A stretch of DNA of 64,000 nucleotides from Macrostomum lignano (Eukaryota). The DNA lies in NCBI GenBank assembly GCA_002269645.1, contig NIVC01000717.1:310001-374000 (forward strand), in the 5' to 3' direction. Below are positions 27,051 to 40,820 of the stretch, piece by piece; positions within the stretch are counted from its first letter, which is position 1; each line of letters begins with the position of its first letter. The notes under the pieces are model-generated. The model was not told the origin of the DNA and did not search any database. It worked only from the letters and a program-made list of their open reading frames with translations. Made by a program: the position numbers and the translations under genes.

Positions 27051-28689
27051 ACACAGGAAGGAAGCAGTGGAGCTGCAAAATGTCCAGCAGAAGCGTTGCC
27101 CCTCTGGAGCAGGCCGCAATCAAGCAGACAAGCGCCTAGTTGGCAGGATACTTGAATTCGCACTCGAGTGTGACTGATCTAATTTAATCGCAAGCTCTAT
27201 ATTTATATCGCAACTTGAGGCTGACCGATAAAGTAAGAGAGTAGAGACGGAGCGAACGCTCGAACAAGACCAGAGTGAGTTCCACTGCGTGCAGTTGAGC
27301 GTAATAAGAATTATTAGTGGCGCAGATGCTTTGCTATGCTGTGCGTTTCTCGTTTCTCATGCTGCATGCTAAGGATTTCCCCTTCCGGTTGTGCAGACTT
27401 GGCTTCGCATTCGGTCTTCACATCGACAGCTTCAGCCTATACGCTCGTACTAAATGGGGGGTTGGCCGCTGCCGTCACATGCGCCATAGTTTTATGACCT
27501 CAAAGTGAAATTCCTGGAGACAGCCGCAGGACGGAGGCTGCATGGCTACCTGTGGGGGCCAGGGATCGAAAATGCACATGCCAATGCGACCCTGGAACCC
27601 GTCTGCGCCTACATGTCTGTCTGTTTGATTGTAAAAAAATGTTCCAAGGCAGCTATTCGCTATAGAGCCATGGAGTTCTGCAATGGAAACTTGGATTGGA
27701 AACTAGCCGCAGGGACTACTATAGGTATTGAATTGCGATGGACACTCTATATGGACAGATATTCCATTGATACATTTTTTCATATTTGCCAAAGTAGATC
27801 CAAGTGTATCCAAGCAACGTTGCGTCGAAATTCTGAGGGTATGAGTGCGTGTCTTGTACGTGCTCAGGAGAATCGCCGTCAGCACTGGTAGTGGGACGAT
27901 GTCGCTTAAAAAAAACGCTTAAAAACCCACTTCCGATTCACCAGAAGCATCAAACTTTCAACACCGGATAAAAAGTTCTCAGTGCTCGTTGAATCGCCAC
28001 TTTAGCGACTTGGTAAGACTGTGGCCGTGCGTGATGCGATGAAGATGACGCTTAGAAGAGACTGAGTGAAGAGCGAAGTTCAGTTGATTAATTCTGGTCC
28101 GGAGGGTTTTCTAAAGAGAAAGAAAAGACGCAGACAACGCGGCGGTAGCGTGAGTCTCGGACAAGTAAGCTGATCCCGGGAGACCGCCTGGACTTCCCGT
28201 CCGTGTCTCTGATGGATTCAGAAGACAAGGTTGAGTAACATGATTAAACTTGACGCCTTACACGCTCAGTGTCGAGTGTGTCTTTATTTTCTTACATAGG
28301 GCGATCAAAAATAGAAGACTTGCTCAAGTTGATTGAACTCCGACTGAGTGTTTTCGGGACCCGCTAATCACGCAAGCCATTAAGTTTTGTTGGCTTGTTG
28401 TTTCCGTTCGAAGTCAAAGGATTTAGAGCTAGAGAGAAAGAGTAGGGTAGGGATTAAAGAAATGGGAATACAAGAAGGGGAGCATTGGATTAGGGATAAT
28501 AACGGTTCCAGAGAGTACCTTAATTAATGTAAACAAAGACGAAACATCAACATCGACCTGTCTCAAAATAGGCCCCGGCAACTGTCTGAGTATCAATATA
28601 CAGTCAAAATTGTCAGAAAAAGTCGCCAAAGTGGCCGAAAAAGTGTCAGAAGATCGAGAGTGGCGAGGGGACACGATGTCAAATTATGC

Positions 28690-29290
28690 ACCAAAAAGTC
28701 TCAGAGAGGTGCCAAAAATGTGTCAGAAAATGTGCCAAAATGAGTCAGAAGAAGCGTCAAAAGTGTATCAGAAGAAGCGTCAAAAATTGTCAGAAGAAGC
28801 GCCAAAAATGTGTCAGAAAATGTGCCAAAAGTGTGTCAGAAGAAGCGTCAAAAGTGTGTCAGAAGAAGCGCCAAAAGTGTGTCAGAAGAAGCGCCAAAAG
28901 TGTATCAGAAGAAGCGTCAAAAGTATGTCAGAAGAAGCGTCAAAAATGTGTCAGAAGAAGCGCCAAAAGTGTGTCAGAAGAAGCGTCAAAAGTGTGTCAG
29001 AAGAAGCGCCAAAAGTGAGTCAGAAGAAGCGTCAAAAGTGTATTAGAAGAAGCGTCAAAAATTGTCAGAAGAAGCGCCAAAAATGTGTCAGAAGAAGCGC
29101 CAAAAGTGTGTCAGAAGAAGCGTCAAAAGTGTATCAGAAGAAGCGTCAAAAGTGTCAGAAGAAGCGTCAAAAGTGTGTCAGAAGAAGCGTCAAAAGTGTG
29201 TCAGAAAAAGCGCCAAAAATTTGTCAGAAAAGATGCTAAAAGTGTGTCAGAAGAAGCGCCAAAAATGTATCAGAAAATATCCCGAAATTT
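28690..29290. repeat. 23-bp minisatellite (GTGTGTCAGAAGAAGCG[T/C]CAAAA)n
   Basis: Directly visible. Confidence 0.92.
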
Positions 29291-29904
29291 GTCAGACAAG
29301 ACGCAGAAATCAGTCATCAACAGAGACGCAAAATTAAGCCAAATGAGTATGATAAAACAAATAAAGTAATACGTTGTCAATAAGAGAATTTTTCACAACT
29401 CACTTGAATAGTTGATCGTCAATAGTCGGAATAACTCCGTCAAGATAGAGACAAAAATTCCTTCTCAGATATAAAGTTACGATTGAATTTGAGTCCAATA
29501 TGAGCAAATGAGAGCACTGATTGGGAATCAGTGGACTGTAGCAGCGGCGGCAGCAGTGGACACCGGTTCCTGCTAGTTGTATCCGGGGGGCAGAAGCACT
29601 CGACCAGTTGCAGAGCTCGCCTCATTGGCTGACTGTCAGCCCTGCGCTAAGCTTCGTCCCTTTGGCTGAATAACTAAACTATTTCTAAACCTAGTCTGCA
29701 GCCACACTTGCTGCTCTAAAGCTGATCTACAACAGAAACGTGAATTAGTCTAAAATAATCGGGAAATGTGTACATCGGACATTTGGGAATGACTCATGCC
29801 TACTTACGCTTGGATTACGGTACTAAATTTAGATATAGAGAGGCATTAATCATTGTTAGCGACAATGAGTCAGCAATCATAACAACTCAATATAGGCAGA
29901 CAAT

Positions 29905-30150
29905 ATTCATTATGAGTCACTAGATAAAGACAGACAATAATCATCACGAGTCACTAGATAGAGACAGACAATAATCATCATGAGCCTCTATATAAAGACA
30001 GACAATAATCATCATGAGTCACTGGATAGAGTGACAATAATCATCATGAGTCACTAGATAGAGACAGACAATAATCATCATGAGTCACTAGATAGAGACA
30101 GACACTAATCATCATGAGTCACTAGATAGAGTGACAATAATCATCATGAA
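29905..30150. repeat. About 34-bp minisatellite (GACAATAATCATCATGAGTCACTAGATAGAGACA)n
   Basis: About 7 visible units. Confidence 0.88.
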
Positions 30151-30954
30151 TATATACTAAAAAGAAGTCAATATTCAGTACTAGTGAATTATCACTGTAT
30201 TGAATAGTTCTTGCTCCCCTAGTAGCAGAAAAATTGCCTCAGCCGGCAAGCAGCTGCTAGTTGGGATCTCAGAAGACGCGCTTGAATATTCTTTATGCAT
30301 AATTCAGCCTACAGTCAGATTAGGTTGTGCGTGGCTGCGGCAGAAAGTCGCAGAAATCCAAACAGCTGAAGAAAATTACGCCTTGCACTTGCCAGTTGAT
30401 CGCTCTATACCAGATACATATTATTCTATTTGCTCACAGCGGTGCCTGGACACTCGGGATGATGGCTCTCCCCGATCGGTAACGAGGCAAACGCAGAGTT
30501 TTTTTGCAATCTATATTTATCCCCTCTGAGAGCAGTTGAATTTCTTGAGTTGAGAAATCAGTTTAAGCCTCACACAAGATAAAGACGCCTCATCAAGGCT
30601 CCTCGGATCCGGGATGAGCTTGTATAAAAATGAAATTTGTGTCTTTCCTTCGCCAATCGGGATCAGCAATCTTCAGTTCTCTGGGGATAACAGAAGAGAC
30701 CCGGTATATTTTGCTAGCACAATTTCTGTTTCAGCAACAGAATATTAATGCTCACAAGGATCTGGAGCTGTTGGGGTCCTTCTCGGGTTCATATCCTGTT
30801 GGATATGATGAAGCTTTGATGCTGTGTACTTTTACGCTCGTTTGCTATGTATTTAAGGTTATTATGTATGATTCTACGAGCCACGTTATTAATTAACAAA
30901 TGTATAAAAAACTAATAAATTTTTGTAAAACTAATGGTCACACTAACGGTGAGG

Positions 30955-31315
30955 AGAAAAAGAGGAGACTAAGAGGGAGAGACGGAGAGAGGGAGAAAGG
31001 GAGGAGAGGGAGAGTGAGAGTGGGAGAGAAAGAGAGAGAGAGGGAGGAGAGGGAGAGAAGGAGGGAGAGAGGGGGAAGGAAGGAGAGAGAGGCAGGGAGA
31101 GAAGGAGAGCAAGAGGAGAGAGGGAAAGAGAGAGAGGCAGGGAGAGAAGGAGAGCAAGAGGAGAGAGAGGGAGAGAGAGGCAGGGAGAGAAGGAGAGCAA
31201 GAGGAGAGAGGGAGAGAGAGAGGCAGGGAGAGAAGGAGAGTGAGAAAGAGGGAGAGGCAGAGACAGGGAGAGGAGGAGAGGGGTGGAGAGAGAGGAAGAG
31301 GTAGATATAGAGAGA
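30955..31315. repeat. GA-rich low-complexity tract
   Basis: Almost purely purine with short tandem duplications. Confidence 0.9.
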
Positions 31316-31884
31316 TGGAGCGGGAGTCGGTGGAGAGGAGGCCACAGGCAGGAGCGAACAGGTAAACAGACCAGTTTAGTAGTGCCAATCGAATAAATCC
31401 CGGCGGGCAGCCGCCCTCACTTCCAATTAGTCGGTGGGAAAATCTACGAAAAAATCTTAAAATTGAACTTTCCATTCCCTTGGCTTTACGCCGAATCCCA
31501 TACCAACTAGTAATTAATTTCCACATCTTACGTTTAGCATAATCATCGGGGATTCTGGCTCGCGCAAAGGCATGCCCCATCAATAATTAATAGCAGCTTA
31601 CATTAGTGCAGCGGGAGTCCGTGCACTTACTGCCCAGCAACAGTCATAAACATTAAAGCGGCCGAGTCATGGGATGGGTTGAAGGCTGAGAGGGAATCTA
31701 TATTTTCACGGTCTCAGATAGATAAGAGTTCAGCGGGGATCCTTCGAAGGCTTCTCTGAGTTTGACTATAATACTCTCAATAATTATTATAACTAGTAAA
31801 TAATATTTGAGAAGATGCTTAGAAGCTGCTTCAATCGATAAATAATATTCGGTAGTAAAGCGAAAAAAGATCATTTGGAAGTGT

Positions 31885-32900
31885 CTGGGGTTTATCTGAG
31901 GGTTTTGAATAGGTGTGGGGTTTATCTGAGGGTTTTGAATGGGTGTGGGGTTTATCTGAGGGTTTTGAATGGGTGTGGGGTTTATCTGAGGGTTTTGAAT
32001 GGGTGTGGGGTTTATCTGAGGTTTTTGAATAGGTGTGGGGTTTATCTGAGGGGTTTTGAATGGGTGTGGGGGGTTATCTGAGGTTTTTGAATAGGTGTGG
32101 GGTTTATCTGAGGGTTTTGAATGGGTGTGGGGTTTATCTGAGGGTTTTGAATAGGTGTGGGGTTTATCTGAGGGCTTTGAATCGGTGTTGGGTTTATCTG
32201 AGGGTTTTGAATGGGTGTGGGGTTTATCTGAGGGTTTTGAATGGGTGTGGGGTTTATCTGAGGGTTTTGAATGGGTGTGGGGTTTATCTGAGGGTTTTGA
32301 ATGGGTGTGGGGTTTATCTGAGGGTTTTGAATGGGTGTGGGGTTTATCTGAGGTTTTTGAATAGGTGTGGGGTTTATCTGAGGGGTTTTGAATGGGTGTG
32401 GGGGGTTATCTGAGGTTTTTGAATAGGTGTGGGGTTTATCTGAGGGTTTTGAATGGGTGTGGGGTTTATCTGAGGGTTTTGAATAGGTGTGGGGTTTATC
32501 TGAGGGCTTTGAATCGGTGTTGGGTTTATCTGAGGGTTTTGAATGGGTGTGGGGTTTATCTGAGGGTTTTGAATGGGTGTGGGGTTTATCTGAGGGTTTT
32601 GAATGGGTGTGGGGTTTATCTGAGGGTTTTAAATAGGTGTAGGTTTATCTGAGGGTTTTGAATAGGTGTGGGGTTTATCTGAGGGTTTTGAATAGGTGTG
32701 GGGTTTATCTGAGGGTTTTGAAAGAGTGTGGGGTTTATCTGAGGGTTTTGAATAGGTGTGGGGTTTATCTGAGGGTTTTGAATTGGTGTGGGGGTTATCT
32801 GAGGTTTTTGAATAGGTGTGGGGTTTATCTGAGGGTTTCAAATGGGTGTGGGGTTTATCTGAGGGTTTCAAGTGGGTGTGGGGTTTATATGAGGGTTTGG
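31885..32900. repeat. 30-bp minisatellite (GGGTGTGGGGTTTATCTGAGGGTTTTGAAT)n
   Basis: Directly visible, about 33 units. Confidence 0.95.
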
Positions 32901-33199
32901 AGCTTTTCGGGTCAGCAATTGATACTTTAAGCTTTGCTTGTCCAAAAAAGAACAAGAAGGATTCGAAGCTCAGATAATGAAGTTAATCCTTGAGCTTCTT
33001 GGCTCAGCTGTTTCGCTCTCAGAAAATTGATTAATTTGACATTTGTTTGGAAATTATTCTATTTGAATAAATTTTTGGGATAACTTTGGAATTCATGGAC
33101 TTATATGTAACTCAAATTTCGTTCAGGCAACGAGCGTTCCCAGCTGAGAAATGACTATAGAATCTTTTAATAATTTAAAGATCATAGATATAAATCTTG

Positions 33200-33400
33200 T
33201 AGATCTTCGCTAGATATCTTGCAGATTTCAGTTATATATCTTATAGATCTCAGCCTGATATATTATAGATCTCAGCTATATATCTTATAGATCTCAGCCT
33301 GATATCTTATAGATCTTAGCTAGTTATCTTATAGATCTCACTTAGATATCTTATAAATCTCATCTAGATTATCTTACAGACCTCAACTATAGATATCTTG
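33200..33400. repeat. Degenerate about 20-bp repeat (GATATCTTATAGATCTCAGC)n
   Basis: Visible degenerate units. Confidence 0.75.
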
Positions 33401-33936
33401 CAGTTTTCATGCAGTTAGAGAAGCCGGAAAAGTACAGGAACAGTTTTAAAAATTCCGGGCGTAAAGTCGGTTTCTTTCTATGAAAATGGGCGCAAGACTT
33501 CCAGATAAAAGGCGCGCACCGACAAACGAGTAAGACGCACTCTGTTAAACAGAGATTAGGCTGACCTCGAGACCAAAGTCTAATCATATCGCATGAGATC
33601 TTGCATGGGTTTATCTAGCTCACAGCTCACAGCCCACAGGTAGTACCTGGCAGTTCTGATCTTGATAGCGCGGGTCGCTTACTCGACTCGCAAACTCCCT
33701 TACTCACGATTTAGTAAAATCTGCAACACTTCTGCTTTTGTAGAAGAATTCGAATTTTTTATAGTTCGGTTTCGAGTTTTGCGATTAGAGATAAGGAAAA
33801 TTGCTGCTCAAGGTATGCATAGTGGGTCAGGTTGACTCGATTGGAAATAATAATGTCGTCAAGGGGTTATATAAACGGTTATTACAATGCAAACAAGAAG
33901 CAAAGCTTGTCCAGGTAAAGACACGACAACTCATCC

Positions 33937-34013
33937 ATGTCTGCAGACAACTTGCCAGAAGATTCACTTCGATTGAACCCGAATCAGTACGGGTCTGTTC
34001 AGTCAGGGAATGA
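33937..34013 (+). CDS. SLC47A: MATE (SLC47) transporter, predicted exon 1 of 3
   Basis: ATG 33937 MSADNLPEDSLRLNPNQYGSVQSGN; donor GA|GTAAGT at 34014 (phase 2) is frame-compatible with the acceptor at 34455. Confidence 0.6.
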
Positions 34014-34455
34014 GTAAGTTGCCTAGGTGGTCTGTTGATGACTGGTAGCACCACCAGACAGGGCCAGCACCAGTAACAGCACCAACATCTACAGTACAAC
34101 AAAAAACCCACGACATCTACATCTACAACAACACCCACAAGACCAAAATCTACAACAACAACAGCCACAACGCCGACATCCACAGCAACAACACCAAAAA
34201 CATCTACAAAATCACCCACAGCCCTAACATCCACAGCACCAACATTCATAAAACAACACCCACAAGACAAACATCCGAACAAAAACACCCACAAGACCGA
34301 AAATTACAACAACACCCACAACAGCACCAACAATACCACCACCGACAACAACATGTCTAACAAAGTTTAAAGTCTAAAATCAGAGAGCGCGCCACAGTTT
34401 TTCGTCAGTCAACAAAAAAATGACATAAAACACGCCAAAAAAACTTTCTCCGCAG

Positions 34456-35296
34456 CGGTGCTACACGTCATTCGTGGCCGGGCTCGCAGCCGGCTCGCGG
34501 CGGGCCACTGTCGTTGCCAACAAGATTCGGCCAGAGATTCTTCCCACTGGGCTACTGGAAAGAATTTCGCGCACTTTCCAAACTGCATTTGCCAGCATTT
34601 CTTACCTGCTTCTTCCAGGTGTTCCTGCAGACAATCAGCGTGATCATGTGCGGCCACCTGTCCAAGGAGCAGCTGGATGCGGCCGCTCTAGCCTGCACTC
34701 TCATCAACGTGGCTGGCATGGGAATCGGCCTGGGCCTGTCAACCGGCTGCGACACCTACTTCGCCCAGACCTACGGCAGCGCCTACAAAAAACGAGTCGG
34801 TATCTACCTGCAACGCAGTCTGATCGTTATGTACATGTTTCTGGTTCCTGTGTACTGCTTGCACCTGCACATGAAACCGCTGTTGCTACTGTTAGGCCAG
34901 GACCCAGTGGTCAGCGATATGGCCTCGCACTACATCCTGATCTTCATGCCGGGCGTGTTCTTTGACTACACATTCCTAGTGCTGGCCCGGTACATGCAGA
35001 CCCAGAACCGGGTGACTCCGCCGCTCATCTGCGCCTTCATCGGCAACTTGTTCAACGCGGTGTCCCAGTACGTGGCTATCTACGTGCTGGGCTATCAGTA
35101 CGAGGCGTCGGCTGCCTGCCAGGCTGCGTCCTTGATGGTGATGTGCGCCAGCCTCATCATCTACATCCGCGTGTCGGGAGTCTATAAGGAAACCTGGGAC
35201 GGCTGGACCCTGGAGGCTCTCTACGATATTAAAGGATTTGTTCGGCTGGCGGTGCCGGGACTCTTGCTGGTTGCTTTGGAGGAATTCTGTTATGAG
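34456..35296 (+). CDS. SLC47A: MATE (SLC47) multidrug and toxin extrusion transporter, exon 2 of 3
   Basis: MCGHLSKEQLDAAALA, GLSTGCDTYFAQTYG, GIYLQRS, YMQTQ, LAVPGLLLVALEEFCYE are MATE signatures. Acceptor TTTCTCCGCAG|; donor GAG|GTGAGC. Confidence 0.92.
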
Positions 35297-36399
35297 GTGA
35301 GCCTGCGCAAACCCCCGAGAGTCTTTTAGGACGTCATTTGTGATGTGTTGCAACTCATAAAGTTTCTAAACTTTGTCAAACAAAGATCGAAATCTGATTG
35401 TTTGGGTCCTCGTTGTACAATCACCATTGAGTATGCAAGCTACATACTACTACATTTAGCAACTACATTACTACAAGTAGGTAAATAAGTAATTCACAGA
35501 GCTGTTACAGCAGCAATTCCTGTCAAATTTGCTGCGGCAACCTTGGGCAGCCTGCACAGAACTGTGTTCTTCAAGACGAACAACACTGCACTACATCGTT
35601 CCAGATATGTCTCCAGAACCCCTCCGAGCATGTCTGAGACTTTGTAAAGACTTCGAAAAGTTCAGCAAGGGTGCCCGAATGCCAGAATACATCTGAATCC
35701 AGTTGCGACTGGGGGTTCTGAATGCCTGCTGGTGATCAGCTGGTGATCAGGATGTCACGGCGGCGGCAAGTTGACAGAACTTTTGCATGCTCGTGATTCA
35801 TGCACACTGAATCTCGCATTAAAGACATGCGTGTAAATGTATGGCCGGGCGTCGTAGTCTTCGTGGTCTGGCAATGATTTGGGGCTAAAATGGAATCTCG
35901 GCTTGGCTCTGCTCGTGCAATAAACGTTCTCGTGGCCCAACCCCCAAGGCACAGTGAAGTGTACATGCCTAACGATAAATAAAGTTCGAGCAGCTGTACA
36001 CTCCTGTGTGAGTGTGTGCCTGTGCGTATGACTGCGTACGTATCCGCGCGCTTGTGTGCCTGCTCAGGGGAGTCGGCGGAATGGGCAGTAATGCCTCTCG
36101 CCGGTTGTGTTTGACAATGGTATATCCTTCTGCATCTTCTGCATCCCGACTGCAGAAAAGTGCATTGACTAGTGTTTCCACATAGGCGGTTTCCACATTT
36201 ATAATTATAAATTAAAAATTAATCATTTAATAATTAATAATTGGGTGAGTTCGAGAGTAAGTTCGGGGGGCATGTTGCTGATTCCTTTACCGACAGTGTA
36301 GTACGAGCGTAACCCGAGGGCACACGTTTGCATGTATTGTATGATCCACACTATACTATGGTATCTAAATGTACATGTGCTTCAATTTTTCTCCCTCAG

Positions 36400-37365
36400 G
36401 TCGGCACCTTCATCGCTGGCAGCATCAGCACATTGCAACTGGCCTCTCAGGGCATTCTCTTCCAGTGCGGCGTTCTATCCTACATGGTCTCCCTGGGCAT
36501 GTCAATCTCCGTGAACATCCGCGTCGGGCAGCACATCGGGGCCAGACAGGTGGAGAAAGCGAAGCACACGTACAGAGTGGCAGTCACCATGATTCTGACT
36601 ACGTCAACGATACTGTGCATCGTGTTCGCCACCTGCCAGAAGCAAGTTGCCAGCCTGTTTACAAGCGACCCGATGGTTCTGGAGGCCACCGGAGAGATCC
36701 TCACCGTCTACGCCCCGTTCGCGTACGCCGACGGTTTGTCCGCCACGGCATCCGGTGTGCTGAAGGGCAGCGGCCGTCAGCTTATTGGTGCGATTGTCAA
36801 CATTGTCGCGTACTACCTGGTGGCTCTGCCCATCGGCATCCCGCTGAGTCTGCTCACCCCGATGCAGATCAGCGGCTTCTGGGTCGGCCTTCTCATCGGT
36901 TTAACAGGCGAGACCTTCGTGTTCTGGCTGATCATCTGGCGCACCAACTGGCACAAGGAGGTCCGCGCAGCGGCCGGTCGAATCACCGGGCAGAGGGCCA
37001 ACTCGACTCTGTCGGCCAGGTCGCCTCTGATTGCCGATGAGCAGCCCGCAGTGGACTCTGAGCAAGCCATCCTGCCGCCCAGGCCGCGTCGCATCCGTCG
37101 CGAGTCTCGCGTCTATTCTGGGCCCTACGACAGCGCCATCGAGTTCGACCCGGGCCGGCCACCGAAGCTGGGGCCTCTCCGGCCGGTGCTGATCCGCCAG
37201 GGCCTGATCTGGTTCTGCCTGCTGCTGGTTCTGTCAGCTGCAGCTGTTGCCAGGTCCTATCAGGACCAGTACCTGCCAGTGCACTGGCGCCGGCTGTGCA
37301 TAATGCAGAGCCAATTGAACAACTCCATGGATGTATCACCTGGTGCCAACCTTACCTATTGCTGA
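36400..37365 (+). CDS. SLC47A: MATE (SLC47) transporter, exon 3 of 3
   Basis: Acceptor TTTTCTCCCTCAG|GTC; VNIRVGQHIGA, GVLKGSGRQ, AYYLVALPIG; extra C-terminal hydrophobic helix. Joined CDS 1884 nt, 627 aa. Confidence 0.92.
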   Translation, partial: VGTFIAGSISTLQLASQGILFQCGVLSYMVSLGMSISVNIRVGQHIGARQVEKAKHTYRVAVTMILTTSTILCIVFATCQKQVASLFTSDPMVLEATGEILTVYAPFAYADGLSATASGVLKGSGRQLIGAIVNIVAYYLVALPIGIPLSLLTPMQISGFWVGLLIGLTGETFVFWLIIWRTNWHKEVRAAAGRITGQRANSTLSARSPLIADEQPAVDSEQAILPPRPRRIRRESRVYSGPYDSAIEFDPGRPPKLGPLRPVLIRQGLIWFCLLLVLSAAAVARSYQDQYLPVHWRRLCIMQSQLNNSMDVSPGANLTYC

Positions 37366-37927
37366 TCTGGGTGGCGGTGGTAATAAGCTAGACCAGCTTG
37401 AAAATTTAACCAATTTACCTGCAACTGAAACAAATTTCATGTCTTATTCATGTTTTCATGCCAAAACGCATGGTAATTGCTAGAATTATATAGCCTGATA
37501 AAGTTCGTCAGTCGTAATTCTTCAATACAATAACTTGCTGATAATATACATGATAATTACCGCATGCATTCTTCGCATCTATACAATTGGCCCGAATCGG
37601 CCGCGACTTGATAAAAATTGAGTGGCCGGTCTACACATTATGGTAAAAAAACACTTATCCAGAATTATTGTTTTATCGGTGTACCAAATACGAGCTAATA
37701 GAATGCAATTTGCTCGAGTACTGTCGGAGTACATCATACAGCAAATTCAGGCAGAATTTTAAAACTGCATAATGTATTACATTAGGCTTGTACAGTACAC
37801 ACTGTACATGTACATGTAGCAAAACAGGGAAGGATCGCAAGATGCGACGGCTGTACCAAGGAGAGACATCCTGTTTCTTAGAAAAATATGAACGCACCTG
37901 GGCATAAACTTTTAATTCCTGTCTTGA

Positions 37928-38315
37928 AGCACTTTCCCATCATAATAAACCCGACAAATCACAACTCCGAAAGCACTTTCCCATCATAAACCCGACAAAT
38001 CACAACTCCGAAAGCACTTTCCCATCATAATAAACCCGACAAATCACAACTCCGAAAGCACTTTCCCATTATAATAAACCCGAAAAATCACAACTCCGAA
38101 AGCACTTTCCCATTATAATAAACCCGAAAAATCACAACTCCGAAAGCACTTTCCCATTATAATAAACCCGAAAAATCACAACTCCGAAAGCACTTTCCCA
38201 TTATAATAAACCCGACAAATCACAACTCTGAAAGCACTTTCCCATCATAAACCCGACAAATCACAACTCCGAAAGCACTTTCCCATCATAAACCCGTAAG
38301 ATATCATAACTCCGA
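37928..38315. repeat. 41-44-bp minisatellite (AAAGCACTTTCCCATYATAATAAACCCGAMAAATCACAACTCCG)n
   Basis: About 9 visible units. Confidence 0.92.
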
Positions 38316-39294
38316 AAATCAAAATAGCGTTAGGCATTTGCTAGCACTTGTGGAGTTGCGATTTTTCGGGTTGTATGATACATCCCTGTCTGTCCTTCTG
38401 TGTGCCTCTCTGCCTCGCTGTATGTGTCTGCTTGTCCATTCTTTGTTTTTCTGTTAATGTGTCTGCCGACCTGTCTGTCTGTTTGTGTCTGTCGGTCTGC
38501 CTGCCTGTCTGTCTGTGTCTGTCTGAGTAAATAAGACCAAATGCGGTTCAGAAGATTATCAAACATACTGATTCGTTGGTGCGCACAAATGTTGCACAAC
38601 TTGTCATCAATAAATAAATATATATATTTGCATAAAATAATATTGCATTGGGGTGACAAACTGAGATGATGGATCATGCTGGACCACTCAACAGCAACAG
38701 CAAACTGTAACGAGTCTTAGCGCAAGACAAACAATCACAAAGACTTTCATTTCTCGCACTTGTGCAAACTGATAGGTGGTGAATATAAATTCGAATGCAT
38801 TGAAGAATTACAATATAAACATTTGTGTACACACCAATTAGCAGGCATGATATACTAATAATAGAATTAGTTTTTTATTGAACCAAAAAGTTCTTTAGTC
38901 ATTTCAAACGTTAGTTGACACAAAGAGCTACAAAGACTCATATTAAACGTGCACTTACTATCCTGGATATTAAAGTCAACAGGACGCAATTAAACAGGAA
39001 AACAAATTATACCTTTATTTAGCTAACTACTTTACTATGAGTAGAAATGTGCAAAAAAACTATTGATAAAACGCACAATTAACCCGCATTCCGCAACACA
39101 AAAACACAAGCCGTTAATTTTATTCAGAAGCTGACTTCATCATGATGCGATACGATGGGATGCGATAAGTTACCAAATTATTCGAAGGTATTACTGACTG
39201 AATGATGAAATTTCTAAATTTGAACAGAAAAAGAAATTTAAGTACAACTTATGAATAGGGCCACTTTTTTGTAGGAGCTAAGATTAGCTAAGTA

Positions 39295-39705
39295 GATTGT
39301 TCAGGTAAGGTAGATTGGTCAGGTAAATAGGTAGATTGGTCAGGTAAATAGGTAGATTAGTCAGGTAAATAGGTACGAGCGTAGATTGGTCAGGTAAATA
39401 GGTACGAGCGTAGATTGGTCAGGTAAATAGGTACGAGCGTAGATTGGTCAGGTAAATAGGTAGATTGGTCAGGTAAATAGGTAGATTGGTCAGGTAAATA
39501 GGTAGATTGGTCGGGTAAATAGGTAGATTGGTCAGGTAAATAGGTAGATTGGTCAGGTAAATAGGTAGATTGGTCAGGTAAATAGGTAGATTGGTCAGGT
39601 AAATAGGTAGATTGGTCAGGTAAATAGGTAGATTGGTCAGGTAAATAGGTAGATTGGTCAGGTAAATAGGTAGATTGGTCAGGTAAATAGGTAGATTGGT
39701 CAGGT
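39295..39705. repeat. 21-bp minisatellite (GGTAGATTGGTCAGGTAAATA)n
   Basis: Directly visible. Confidence 0.95.
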
Positions 39706-39945
39706 AGATAAGTAGGCAGAGAAGTGGATGGGTAGATAAGATACAGACAGAGATAGATTTGTTGGTCGCGCACCAGAAATCGTCAGAAACAAGCGGACAA
39801 ACAAAATATTTGCTTTACCACAAACCATTAATTATTAAATAAACTTTAAAATACAATACCAGCATATTAATATCCGATTGGACGCAAATGAACATAGAAA
39901 AACAAATATGTAATAATTAATTTTGCCCAGGCACATTTTTAAATA

Positions 39946-40270
39946 TTAAAACTGATCACTACTAATGCTATCATCTTCGTCCATGGCTGCAGTGTCGTTG
40001 TAGGGCTCTGGCTTGTTGACAGTCAGTTTAGCACTTGCCGGGACTTCACCAGCCGTCGCAGCCGCGGCAGGAGCGGCAGGAGCGGCTGCGGTGGCAGTAG
40101 CGGAGGTCTGGAAGGTCCTCAGGGTCGGGCAGGCACCTCGCTGAAGGTGCGACTCCAGACTGGTGGTGGAGCTGGTGCAGCAGGAGATCTCCTGGTAGCC
40201 GGAGTCCACGCTGACTGTTGAAGCTACGGCCGATGCGTTCGAGCCGGCGCAGTTCGAGTGCTGCTGCTGC
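39946..40270 (-). CDS. Orphan coiled-coil/low-complexity protein, predicted last exon
   Basis: Acceptor CCCCGCAG|G (phase 2) gives QQQHSNCAGSNASAVASTVSVDSGYQE...DDSISSDQF*; GC-rich coding-like sequence; acceptor choice is inferred. Confidence 0.55.
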
Positions 40271-40371
40271 CTGCGGGGATTCAGTGCTGACTACAATACA
40301 ATACAATAAATACAATGGCCACCGGCCACACCGATCCTCATGCTGACTGATGAGGCACCTGACACTTTGGG

Positions 40372-40820
40372 AAGCTGGCCCAGCAACTGAGGATCTGGGA
40401 GGCTGGCCCGGTAACTGAGGCTCTGGGAGGCTGGCCCAGCAAATGAGGATCTGGGAGGCTGGCCCAGCAACTGAGGATCTGGGAGGCTGGCCCAGCAACT
40501 GAGGATCTGGGAGGCTGGCCCAGCAACTGAGGATCTGGGAGGCTGGCCCAGCAACTGAGGATCTGGGAGGCTGGCCCAGCAACTGAGGATCTGGGAGGCT
40601 GGCCCAGCAACTGAGGATCTGGGAGGCTGGCCCAGCAACTGAGGATCTGGGAGGCTGGCCCAGCAACTGAGCATCTAGGGGCTGGCCCAGCAACTGAGCA
40701 TCTGGGAGGCTGGCCTAGCAACTGAGGATCTGGGAGGCTGGTGGCCCAGCAACTGAGCATCTGGAAGGCTGGCCCAGCAACTGAGGATCTGGGAGGCTGG
40801 CCCGGTAACTGAGGATCTGG
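40372..40820. repeat. 28-bp intronic minisatellite (GGCCCAGCAACTGAGGATCTGGGAGGCT)n
   Basis: Directly visible. Confidence 0.93.

Noticed and set aside
25652-27177. Overlapping 250-500 aa ORFs (RGKMRGRV, EREDERQG, LPLIFP)
   Set aside because: Translations of 12- and 24-bp purine-rich repeats.
27505-28230. 128-aa ORF and an exon-like stretch with a GTAAGC donor
   Set aside because: No recognisable homology and no frame-consistent splice partners found.
30200-30890. Possible Penelope-like RT remnant (minus-strand FSTQEIQLLSEGIN)
   Set aside because: Only one short motif among many stops; not supportable without a profile search.
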